A stretch of DNA of 62,606 bases, filler included, from Chiloscyllium plagiosum (Eukaryota), in assembly GCF_004010195.1 (NCBI RefSeq). It is 3 parts of one record of this genome, joined end to end, with 100 filler letters (N's around TTAATTAATTAA, not from the genome) between each part and the next. Parts side by side here need not be neighbours in the genome. Positions count along the whole stretch, not along the records: positions 30,134 to 56,643 come from NC_057717.1; 2 more parts are not named here. One strand, written 5' to 3'. The notes beneath the pieces were generated by a model that was given only the letters and a program-made list of their open reading frames with translations, was not told the DNA's origin and ran no database searches. The stretch's first letter is position 1; every line of letters begins with the position of its first letter. Below are positions 40,330-51,651 of this stretch, piece after piece. The position numbers and the translations under genes are program-made.

Positions 40330-41389
40330 ACGTCTCTGTGTATCTGTTTGTGCGTCCGAGTGTCTCTCTGCATCTGGGTGAGTGTGTGTGTTTGTGTGTT
40401 TGTGTCTGTATGTGTGTCTGTGAGTGTATGTGTCTGTCCGTCTGTCTGTGTTTGGATGGTGCTGTGAACTGCTGACCTCCCTCTGTCCCTTCCAAACTGA
40501 ACCCCTGATGATTTTTACCATCCGCTCCAACCTGTGCAGTGGTGTGGGGAACCCAGCAGAGACTGACAGCAACAGAAAGCTCAGCAGGTCTGACAGCATC
40601 TGTGGACAGAATTGAAGGACACTTCCTCAGATCTCGTGTCAGGGGGATATTACATCACGTTAGCACCCATAGAGACTTCAGACTAGCCTCAGACTGATAC
40701 ACACAGATATAGAGACACTCACTAATACAGAGAAACAAATACAGACACGGGGTGTCTGTCAGTATTTCTCTTGCTCCACTGTGACCTTGTCAATATTTCA
40801 CATACTCTGTCTGGTGTGCGTCAGTACTTAAATCTGTCCTCAGGGAGTGTGTTAGTATTGCACTTGCTCACAATAGCGAGGGAGTAAGTATTTCTGTGTG
40901 GAGTGTGACTGGAGGACAATTTTAATGTTTGAAGATACCATACCTGGACGAATTATAGTGTGTGTAGGACAGAATGGAACTCCAGCAGGACAGTGACACA
41001 TTGGCGTCGTTTTCAGGTTTATGGAAGATCAGGATCAATGCAGAGCAGTGTGAGATGATGCACATTGGATAGAATAATTCTGAAAGTCAATATTAAACAT
41101 TCTGTACCATTATAAAGCGGGTGTAGGAGCAAAGGGCACTGGGTGAATATGAGTATAGATTATTGAAGATGTCAGGACAAGTGGGGAGAGCAGTAATTAT
41201 CACAGATTAGTTTCAGTACCTGCGGTGTTTACAGGAGAAAGTGTAGGAGCCCCCTTCCTGGGAGGTGGTGGTGAGTTGTGAGCCCACCCTCCTGCCCACC
41301 GAGACCGTGGGGATTCCATTTGTACCAGATAGACACAATAGGGAGATGGCATCAGGGACATGGCTTCTATGTTGTGCCGGGGGTAAACA

Positions 41390-43250
41390 AAGCTGCCAGT
41401 CGGTTTAAAGTGAGAATTGCCATTCACAGAATATTGCTCCTTACTCAGTTGGTGGGACGTGTATGTTTCAGAATCTCCACACGACTTCCCGGTCCTCTCT
41501 GGCTCGTACCAGTGTCCTCCCCACAGGACGGGGGGAGGGGGAAGGGAACGGATATCGGGCACTCCACCACCCGGCTTGGCCCTTTCTGTGCTATTCCAGG
41601 CTGTTTCTCCTGGAATGGGAGAAAGGGATGGAGCGTGGGTGGCGGTGGGTGGCCCTGCTGTTAGTTCTGGTGTAGGTGGGGGACATGGTGAGGTGTCCGG
41701 AGGCAGTCAGTCCAAAGTGATGTATCTATGCAGTGTTATTGGTGTGTGTGTCGGGGGTGGGGGTGGGAGGTAAAGTGGAGGGGGAGAGAAAGAGTGAGAG
41801 AGAGAGAAAGAGAGACTGTAAGCAGTAATGAGAGTGGTGGAGCATGATCCTTGTTCGGGGAGTAGGTGCTATATTGCAAATATACAGTAAGTGTGAGGGA
41901 GGAGAAATAATACATTGACCTTTATCCTGACAGAACGGGGAAGGTTATTGATGCTTGTCCTGTATTGCTGGACATTTCTTCAGACAGTAGATACTGCACT
42001 GAGCTGAGTGGTGATCTCAGACCATGCTCTGTGGGTCTGGTAGTGTGGCCTCCTCTGGGAAAAAAAATAGGTCCTACTCTGTACTAGCCCATTCACCAGG
42101 ACTTCTGTATCTCTGTTGACAAACCGTGGTGTAATTGCCTCTTATCTGCCATGCTCGGGGTAAACTGTGTAGGGCAGCTCCAAACGGAGAAACAGTCTGC
42201 CCATTGGTCCTTTGATGATGGCACCGGTGCCAGGGATCATGAAATATTTAGAGTCATGCGGGCATTGGTGAGTACCTCCAACCATGAAGAAATCGAGCTG
42301 GCATTGAATGAGAGGGTCTCCATGGGGTGGGGTAGGTAGTTAATGAAGTCAGTTCGATGAGATATCACCAGGAAACTAGTTCAGGCTCATACAGACAATC
42401 CTTCTGTCATACTTAGTGAAAATGACTCTGAGACAAATTATTGTTAGATTCAGCCCAATGTGTCGAAGACTCTGCTGACCCTCCTCCCAGTTCAAAAGCT
42501 GCAGAACAAATGCTCATCCAATACCCTCCATCATCTGACCTCACACCAATATCCCGTTTACCCATCATTCCTGGAAACATTGGTTCATGTTGCAGGATAC
42601 CGTTGAAATGTCTTCATTTCAGCATTCTGGATCCTGGGAACACACCCTTCCAAGAAATTGTCTCTCAGTCTCGCTCTCTCTATTCCCCAAACCCCTCCCA
42701 TTTGTTGATACTTAAACTGATTCCCCCGCCATCTTTCTCTGGCAGTGATGTTCACACCCACAGCACGCCTGTGTCATGGCGCACTGGAGATATGGAGCTG
42801 TAAATGGATGGGAGCTGCACATCCTGTCACTCCCAACATGGGCTGAAAGTTTCCCTCCGCTGGGCAGTGATCTAACACAATATTCTAATGCAGTGAACAA
42901 TGTACTGGGTTAATGGACACAGTTCCGCACCCTGGTCACATATATCATCTGGGATTATAGATCAATGCACTACAGTGGTCTGCGTACCTTTCCACTCTGG
43001 GTAGATTGTCGTTGTATTGCACAGTACACCAGTCCGGTTTGCACAGTGCTCCCTGATGAACACATATCTCATCTGGGTTTATGGAACAATGGACTGCTGT
43101 AGTGTGCACTGTGTTCCGCTCTGGACTGATTGCAGGGTGGTGTTCAGCAGTACACTAGTCTGGTCTGCGCAGTGCTCCATGCTGAACAAATATCTCCTCT
43201 GGGTTTATGGTGTCTGGTCTGGTTCGCGGAGGTGGATTGAGAACGTGATA
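41390..43250 (+). repeat. Amplicon unit copy 4
   Basis: 41795-42700 aligns to copies 2 and 3; 42660-43240 aligns to 33970-34515; 41393-42005 aligns inverted to 49945-50546. Contains a ~125-bp repeat, about 2.2 units, at 42938-43210. Confidence 0.9.
42441..42803 (+). other. Open frame of unknown product in the amplicon; open in copy 1 (4044-4319), disrupted in copies 2 and 3
   Basis: AQCVEDS...SS(E/D)LTPIS..PII....CC....KCLHFSIL.P.N..F..I.SQS is shared without indels between copies 1 and 4. No recognised domain, and the frame does not start at an ATG. Confidence 0.2.
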
Positions 43251-43995
43251 TAACTGATCCTTTCAGTTGATATGGCAAAGCCTTTATTTTTGTTCTCATT
43301 CATGTGATTGGACCCTCCAAATTCTGATTCCTCCAGCCAGTCCCATTCTTCAGTCTGTAGGGGGTAGTGTAATTTTTAAACGGTTAGCTGCATTTTAGTC
43401 TTTTCTACCTTATAGCAAACACAAGTGCCTTATAGTAAACACAAGCAGACACTCGAAACTGGTGCCGGACCTCCCCCATGTTTTTATTAATGAAACAATT
43501 GTAACAGCTTTCCTCGATAGCTGAGAGACCGCCCTTAACCACAGTTGTACAACATCATCCATATAAGGAAAGAACGGGGAACTCGAACACTGATTGGCCA
43601 AGTGAGTAACAAAATAATCGCAGGCACCAGAACCCAAATAAGGAAAACAGTGGGGAACCCTAGCACTCGTTGGTCAAGACAGCAGTAGGAGACCCAGCCC
43701 ACATTTACGTGTATATAATGTGTGGAGATTATTAAGGGGTGTGTACCATTTTCGCACCCGAATTTGCAAAGTTGAATGAAAAGTTTTGGACAGACTCCTC
43801 CGTGTCTTTGTTCCTGGGAAGGGAAATAAAAGTGCCGGAGATGGGGCCGGACAGCCGCATATCTCGCACAAGTCTACCTCCATCGTTCGCCAACATGTTG
43901 TCGATGAGTAATTGTCCAGTTTCAATGTGAATAACTGTTCTGTCTATTTCCGGGTCGTTGGCATTGCTCACCCTGGAGCATCGGGATTCACCGCA
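43246..43995 (-). mobile_element. LTR-like segment with duplicated enhancer modules
   Basis: On the minus strand it begins TG exactly where a CR1 remnant breaks (GAGGTTTAT|TGCGG). It contains two ~75-bp modules, a 20-bp tandem repeat, AATAAA (43288-43283) and a CA end. No TSD. Confidence 0.5.
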
Positions 43996-44229
43996 ATAAA
44001 CCTCAGTAAGGTCACTCCCTAGAACCAATGCTTCAGGTATCATAGCCCCAGCCCATTCATACTCTCCGCGTAGCTCAATATCACTCGCCACCACCACCCT
44101 CCTCAAAACTGTCAATAAACTTGGAAATCTTTTCTGCACGGTTTCAAGTTTAACAACATCTTTCCCACAGCAGTGAGAACAGAATTAAAGGCAGTATTAC
44201 AGAAGTGGCTGAACCTAGCGTGTAGGCAA

Positions 44230-45133
44230 AAGTGAATATTGCAGATGCGGGAGATTAAATTCGGGAGTGTGGTGCTGGAAAACAACAGCATGTCAGGCAG
44301 CATCTGAGGAGCAGAAAAACTGATATTTGCGGCTAAAACCCGATTCCTGATGAAGGACTTTTACCCAAAACGTCGAATTTTCCTGCTCCTCGGATGCTGC
44401 TAGCCCTGCTGTGCTTTTCCAGCACCACACTCTGAACCCAGTGTATATCCCACATGGCCTCATTCTTCATGGCCTCATTTCCCCTCCCACATGGTCGACG
44501 ATGCCATCCAGAGCATTTCATCCTCTTCCCGTATATCTGCCTTCAACTTTTACCCCTCCAAACTCAATAGGGAAAGAACACTCTGTTTCTGCCCTTCCAT
44601 CCCACCAAGATACAACGCATTATCCTCCCACATTTGCCCTACCCTCAAACAGACCCCACCACCAGGAATATATTTCCCTCCCCACCCCGATCTACATTCC
44701 ATAAAAATCATTCCCTGCGCGGCTCCCTTGTCGGGTCCACGTCACCCACCAACCCACCCTCCATTCCTGGCATCTTCCCCTGCCACCGTATGAATTGGGA
44801 GACCTGCATCCTCACCTCGGTCCGAGTCCACAATGGATCCCTCCACACCAATCGGAGATTTACCTGCACTTCTACACATGTCGCCTACAGTATCCGTTGC
44901 TCCTGATGTTTCTCTACATTGGGGAGACAGGACGCCAACGTGTGGAACAAATCAGAGAATATCTCTGGGACACCCGCACCAACCAACCCCACCACCTCGT
45001 GGCTGAACACTAGAACTCCCCCTCTCACTCCATCATGGACATGCAGGTCTTGGAGCTCCTCCACCACTCAGCTTCTGTCTTGGGACCCTGCAACCACATG
45101 GGATCAATGTGGATTTCACCAATTTTCTCATTT
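44230..45133 (+). mobile_element. Penelope 3' region with GIY-YIG endonuclease remnant, preceded by an inverted terminal repeat
   Basis: RRFTCTSTHVAYSIRCS...LYIGETGRQRVEQIREYLWDTRTNQPHHLVAEH. Imperfect hairpin at 44268-44430 with CTGATGA...AAAACGTC. Confidence 0.88.
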
Positions 45134-46039
45134 NNNNNNNNNNNNNNNNNNNNNNNNNNNNNNNNNNNNNNNNNNNNNNNNNNNNNNNNNNNNNNNNNNN
45201 NNNNNNNNNNNNNNNNNNNNNNNNNNNNNNNNNNNNNNNNNNNNNNNNNNNNNNNNNNNNNNNNNNNNNNNNNNNNNNNNNNNNNNNNNNNNNNNNNNNN
45301 NNNNNNNNNNNNNNNNNNNNNNNNNNNNNNNNNNNNNNNNNNNNNNNNNNNNNNNNNNNNNNNNNNNNNNNNNNNNNNNNNNNNNNNNNNNNNNNNNNNN
45401 NNNNNNNNNNNNNNNNNNNNNNNNNNNNNNNNNNNNNNNNNNNNNNNNNNNNNNNNNNNNNNNNNNNNNNNNNNNNNNNNNNNNNNNNNNNNNNNNNNNN
45501 NNNNNNNNNNNNNNNNNNNNNNNNNNNNNNNNNNNNNNNNNNNNNNNNNNNNNNNNNNNNNNNNNNNNNNNNNNNNNNNNNNNNNNNNNNNNNNNNNNNN
45601 NNNNNNNNNNNNNNNNNNNNNNNNNNNNNNNNNACCAAAACTGTTCTCAATACTCCAGGTACAGTCTCACCAACACTCTGTGAAACTGCTTCAACATGTC
45701 TTTACATCTATATTCTGACTCCCTTAAAGGAAGGCAAAACAAACTTTAAGTTTCCACTTGCATATATTCCTCCAAATACCCTTCACATCATTGCATTTTC
45801 GAACTCACTGTGTGAGTTCTTATAGAAAGCCTTCTGATAATCTAAAATATGCCAATTCTACTGGATCCCCATTATCTATGCTGTAAGAAACAACTTCAAA
45901 CAATTCCAAAGTTTGTCAAGTATGATTTCCCTTTCAGAAATGCAAACTGAGTCTCTCAAAGTTTGCTGTTAATGCCTAAATATCCAATATCACATTCTAT
46001 AAAATATATTCCAACAATTTCCCGATAAATGTCATGTTA

Positions 46040-47818
46040 ATTTGTCAGCAGTTCTCCACACTATCTCTTTTTCCCTTTCTAGATGCTTGGTTCCCTACCA
46101 TTCATCTATAGTGCTTGGATCACGTTTACGAATGTACATTTATCTGCACCAGCTTCCAGACTCTGCAGAGTGTACAGGAAAATAAGAACGCAGTCATCGA
46201 CAATGCAATCAATACTCTATTGGTGATTTTTTTCTGAAGATTTTGGTATGAAGTACATCTGGTTTGTCAAGCTTAGCAATGCTCAATCCAGCTGCATGTT
46301 CAATATTGCCTTGTTACTGATATGAATTGACTTTATGTCTTTACTTCCACAAGTCCTATACGATCACATCGTATTTCTGGGTGATTTTCTGGATCTTACT
46401 CCATTAAGACAGATGTAAAGTAACTGGTCATTTGCTTTGCTTTGCTATTTCCCTGTTATCCACCATAAGCTCGTTTCTTCCGATTGCAAATTTCCACATT
46501 TGACTATATATTTTTTTCTTTTAAAATATAGATCAAAGATTTTTGCAGTCTTTGTGTTCCTGTTTGTTTGCATGCATGTTCACTTTTTGATTTCCCGATC
46601 AGTTTCATGGCCCTCCTTTTCTGGATTGCCATTTTCTGAGAATTATTAGGATTCCACAATGTCTGGATTCTTTTGAAGTCACTTCCTGTGATTAATATAT
46701 TCTTTAATTTGTTATGTTAATCATCATTGTGTCACTTACTCACACTTTGGTGTTTTCACCTGAAATAAGTAGACATATCTTTCAGACTATGCAGTATTTC
46801 TATAAATCTTCTGGTCCTGACTATGTATATTCAGGAACACTGCAGGGGGACAGAGAAGTAATAGCGGGGGCCGTGGTTGGTACTTTTGTATCATCGGTAG
46901 CCAACTGGTGAGGTCCCGGAGGATTGGAGGGATTTGTCAGCAGTTCTCCACACTATCTCTTTTTCTCTTTGTAGATGCTTGGATCCCTACCATTCATCAA
47001 AAGTGCTTGGATCACGTTTACTAATGTACATTTATCTGCACCAGCTTCCAGACTCTGCAGAATGTACAGGAAAATAAGAACGCAGTCATCGACAATGCAA
47101 TCAATACTCTATTTGTGATTTATTTCTGTAGATTTTGGTATGAAGTACATCTGGTTTGTCAAGCTTAGCAATGCTCAATCCAGCTGCATGTTCAATATTG
47201 CTTTGTTACTGATATGAATGACTTTATGTCTTTACTTCCACAAGTCCTATACGATCACATCGTATTTCTGGGTGATTTTCTGGATCTTACTCCATTAAGA
47301 CAGATGTAAAGTAACTGGTCATTTGCTTTGCCATTTCCCTGTTATCCACCATTAGCTCGTTTCTTCCGATTGCAAATTTCCACATTTGACTATATATTTT
47401 TTTCTTTTAAAATATAGATCAAAGATTTTTGCAGTCTTTGTGTTCCTGTTTGTTTGCATGCATGTTCACTTTTTGATTTCCCGATCAGTTTCATAGCCCT
47501 CCTTTTCTAGATTGCAATGTTTTGAGAATTCTTAGGATTGCACAATGTCTGGAATTGTTCTGAAGTCACTTCCTGTGATTAATATATTCTTTAATTTGTT
47601 ATGCTAATCATCATTGTGTCACTTACTCATTCTTTGGTGTTTTCACCTGAAATATGTAGACATATCTTTCAGACTATGCAGTATTTCTATAAATCTCCTG
47701 GTCCTGACCAGATATATTCAGGAACGCTGCAGGAGGACAGAGAAGTAATAGCGGGGGCTGTGGTTGGTACTTTTGTATCATCGAGTAGCCAACAGGTGAG
47801 GTCCTGGAGTAGTGGAGT
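46040..47818. repeat. Recent tandem duplication, period 892 bp (46040-46931 and 46932-47818)
   Basis: Both copies start ATTTGTCAGCAGTTCTCCACACTATCTCT and end near GGTGAGGTCC(C/T)GGAG, with only scattered differences. Confidence 0.95.
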
Positions 47819-49300
47819 ATAGCAAATGCTGTGCCCTTTTCAAGAAGTGCTACAAAGAAAAACCTGGGACCTATAGACCAGTAAAACTGACATCTCTAGT
47901 CGGTATGTTTCTTGAGAAGATTCTGAGAGAGACGATATACATGCATTTGGAAAGTCAGGGTGTGATTATGAGCAGTCAGCACGTCCTTGTGCATGGGGGA
48001 TCATGGCTCAAAAATTTGTGAGAGTGCTTTGGTGAAATGACCAGTAACTTTGACAAGGGCATCGTGGTATAAGTAGTGTATATGGAGTTCAGTAAGGCCT
48101 TCAGTAAGGTTCCACATGGTAGGCTTCTCTGGAAGCTTAGATCATATGGAATTGAGGGGGAGATTGCAAATCAGATCCAAAATTTGCTTGATGGTACGAA
48201 ACATAGAGTTATAGTGGAAGGATTCTTGTCGGACTGAAGGCCTGTGATGACCGGAATGCCTCAGGGGTCGGTTCTGGGACTATTACTGTTTGTTTTATGC
48301 ATGTATATTGTATATATATTTATATATTACACACATATATGATTTAGATGAAAATGTACAGGCATGAATTATAAGTTTCAAGGTGATACTAAAATAGGCG
48401 GTATCGTGGACAGTGAGGAAGATTATCAGAAATTTCAGAAATTACAGCAGTGCCTTGATCAGGTGAGGAAGGGTCGAGAAATGGCAAATGGAGTTTAATA
48501 TATATAAGTGTCAGTTCTTGCATTTTAGAAGGTCAAATCAAGGTAGGAGTTTCATGGTGAATGGAAGGGTCTTAAGGAGTGTATTGAGACAAAAGGACCT
48601 TGGAATTCAGGTTCAATGTTCTCTGAAAGTGGAGTCACAGGTAGACAGGGCAGTGAAAAAGGCATTTGGCACACTGGCCTTCATCAGTCAGAGTAATGAG
48701 TATCGAAATTAGGGAGTTATGTTGCAGTTATACAGGATGCTGGTGAGGCAATATTGGTAGTGTTATGTTCAGTTTTGTTCACTTTGCGAAAGGAAGGATG
48801 TTATTAAACAGGAAATAGTGCAGAAGAAATTTACAAGGATGTTGCCCGCACTCAATGGTCTGAGTTATAGTGAGAGGTTGGGCAAGCTAGGAGTTTTTAC
48901 TTTAGAGTGTATGAGACTGAGGGGGATCTGATAGAAGTGTATAAGATCGTGGGAAGCATGGATAGATTGAATGCACTCAGTCTTTTTTTCCACAGGATTG
49001 AGCAACTCACGGACTAGAGGGCATCAATTTAAGATCCGAGGGGAAAGAGTAAAAGGGAACCTGAGGGGCAATTTATTTTACACACACGGTGGTATGCACA
49101 TGGAATGAGCTTCCAGCAGAAGTGGTTGAGGGAGGTACATTCACAAAATTTAAAATGCATTTGCACGAATACGCTGATAGGAAAGAATAAGAAGGATATG
49201 GGGCAAGGGCAGGGAAATGGGGTTAATGTGAATGGACATTTTATTTGGAATGGACCAGTTTGGGTTGAAGGGCCTTTCTCCGTGCTGTCGGACTCTATGA
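47690..49300 (+). mobile_element. CR1 LINE RT plus 3' UTR (degenerate)
   Basis: KSPGPDQIY, PGTYRPVKLTS, FSKAFSKVPH, GMPQGSVLGLLLF, MEFNIYKC, 3' tail GACTCTATGACTCT. Confidence 0.9.
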
Positions 49301-49944
49301 CTCTCACAAACATTGCTTCTCCCATTGAATGTTATATTATACTTCCCCAATTCATTGGAGCATACTTGACCCTCTAGCCTCCGGGCTTCCATGATGTTTG
49401 ACCAGAATGTTCAAACATTCGATTCAGACGCCGTGTAAAAATGCAACACATTGATGTCACTATTCCTCCAAAGCTGCTTCAGAGCAAGGTTATTAATTAG
49501 TCCTCCTGACAACACAACACCAAATCTGAAATAACCTGCTCTCTAGTTTGGTTCACAACATACTGTTCAACCTACCTAATACACACTTACAGAAGTTTTT
49601 CTTCACAGTATTAGTAGTCACTGCAGTTTCAGCGCAATTTGAGACCATCTATTATTACTGCAGCATCACGATTGTGTGTTACTCATTCACAGGATGACGG
49701 CGTCGCTGGATAACCAGTATTTATTGCCCATGTGTGGTGTAAAATTCCAAGCAGTGGAATGTGGTGAAACGGTTAAAAATTATGTCCCAATAATTTAAGT
49801 GACAGATTTGGTTTTGATATATGACACACTAATGTTTGCTTCACCTTGATATTTGTAACATCCACCCAAACTGATTCTGTGGGAAGTGAGGGAAAGGGTC
49901 TGTGGCGTTATTAGCAATAGACTTGGACAAGACGTTCAGGGAGA

Positions 49945-50546
49945 CTCACCTCAACGCTGAGATGATCTGAAGAATTGGTCAGCAATACAGGACAAGCTTC
50001 AATATTCTTTCCTCCCCACTTTGCCAGGACAAGTGTCACCATATTCTTCTGCTCCCTCACACTCACTGTATACCTGTTTTAACACCTACCCCTGACCAAG
50101 GCTCACACTCTATCTCCAAATAAGGCTCAAGCACGACCACACTCACTGTTGAATTCAGCACCTTCCACACACCCCCCCCCCCCCTTAATTTTTCTGTCAC
50201 TGACGCAATAGCCCCGCACACTAATACTTCTGCATGGATACAACACTGTGGTCAGACTCCCTGCGGACACCTCACCCTTCCCCCTTCACCTACACCAGCA
50301 TTAACAGCGGGGACACCCACTCCCACCCTCACTCCGTCCCTCCTCTTCTCCCATTCCAGGAGAAACATTCTGGAATAGGACGTAAAGGGCCAAGCCGGGT
50401 GTTAGAGTGCCCGATATCCGTTCCCTCACCCTCTACCTCGACATATGGGGAGGATCCTGTGGAGATTCTGAAACATCGACGTTCCACCAACCAAGTAAGC
50501 AGCAATGTTCAGTAAAGGGCAATTCTCAATTTAAACTCACTGGCAG
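49945..50546 (-). repeat. Inverted partial amplicon copy 5 (partner 41393-42005)
   Basis: Reverse complement contains GGGAACGGATATCGGGCACTC...CACCCGGCTTGGCCCTTT and GCTTGTCCTGTATTGCTG. Confidence 0.9.
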
Positions 50547-50566
50547 TTCCAATCTCATCTCTCTCA

Positions 50567-51385
50567 CTTTTCAGGCTTAGTTAAAAGCATTAATGAAAGA
50601 CTAAAAATAAAAATAATGTTTATTCTCTTCAGTAAAAATGTTAAAAAGAAAAAAAATAAACGATATAAGTTCATTACGAAAAATCTAAACATCATTCAAA
50701 ATTATGGGCAATCCTCGTAAATACTCGACATCATTTCTCTCACTAAATCTTTTTACGAGTGTTTGTATTCTAGCATCTGCTTCTTTAATTTCAACGGAAT
50801 ATCGTGCCTTGTTATCAAATGCTCATAGTAAATGTCCCTTTTTCTCTGAACTTTTCGTAACTGTCATTATCTTTCCAAATAACTGGATGTTCTACATCAA
50901 GGTCGCACTGTCATCTCCTGTGGGCAGCTTCTGCATTATTTTCTGTTCTGTTCTCATTGTTTCAAGTTCTTTCATATAAACTCCACATTCCAACTGGAAA
51001 CATCGGTGGACGTCGACCATTTCCTCTGCGTAATCTTCTACCTTCATAGTTATCCTCGAACCACTCCAGCAGCGGTTGCAGTTCATCTGGAAGCCCATCA
51101 GACAAATGTGCAATAGCTGCATGAATGTTTTCAATCGGAATAAATGCAAGGCCAATTATCATTTTAGCTCTGAAAGAAAACTCTGAGTCAGTGTTATACT
51201 TACTCAAGTGTCTTTTTAACATTTTTACTAAAGGGAATAAATATCATTTTTGTTTTTATTGCTTTGATTAATGCTTTTATCGAAGCCTGAAAAGGAATAA
51301 ATATGAGTTGCGCTGAAATAGTTCTGCGCCTAAATGGGTCTGCGGCAAAATGGGCTGCACCAAACAGGCCGCACCAAACAGAATG
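50567..51385 (-). mobile_element. Internally deleted Mutator-like (MULE/MuDR) DNA transposon with long inverted repeats
   Basis: Inverted repeats at 50567-50649 and 51211-51294 (CTTTTCAGGCTT...AAAAGCATTAAT...AGTAAAAATGTTAAAAAGA). Short GCGC..AAA repeats at 51308-51380. AT-rich. Confidence 0.85.
50692..51210 (-). pseudogene. C-terminal fragment of a MULE transposase, with stops and frameshifts
   Basis: LAFIPIENIHAAIAHLSDGLPDELQPLLEWFEDNYEGRR...PMFPVGMWSLYERT*NNENRTENNAEAAHRR*QCDLDVEHPVIWK...DARIQTLVKRFSERNDVEYLRG/AHNF shows the RTNNxxExxH, HPxIW and YLRxxAHN motifs. Confidence 0.85.
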
Positions 51386-51651
51386 AAGTATTCAATAAAT
51401 TACACAGCACAGAGGGACGCTATATAACCATCCCAGGCTGTCATGCAGAAGCAGGGGTGCCCTGGATAGCTGTAAGGAAATACAGAGTAGAGATCATTAC
51501 TCATTTTGTGTTTGGAAAGCTGTAACAAGTGGAATTCTTCAGGGATCTGTGTGAGCTCATCAACAAATTACAATCTATTCTAATGAACCGGATGAAGGAG
51601 ATGGAGCTCAGTTTGCTCATGCACAGGATAGTCATTCAATAAGATGTCAAA

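Noticed and set aside
40530..40599. Signal-peptide-like MLSDLLSFLLLSVSAG on the minus strand
   Set aside because: It begins within the common Penelope-derived terminal motif (CACAGATGCTG.CAGACCTGCTGAG), also seen at ~57165 and ~57330. No supported downstream exon.
43410..43637. YMDDVV in a minus-strand ORF, suggesting an endogenous hepadnavirus or retrovirus RT
   Set aside because: No other RT motifs are in frame. The codons coincide with the CArG box CCTTATATGG of a duplicated non-coding module.
43732..44139. 135-aa ORF as a novel gene
   Set aside because: It is chimeric: the first ~48 codons are a decayed CR1 (VQKRF...GSDLTEVY) running into the LTR-like segment.
44919..45825. ORFs over 200 aa (also 58869-59554)
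   Set aside because: They are artefacts of translating through N gaps.
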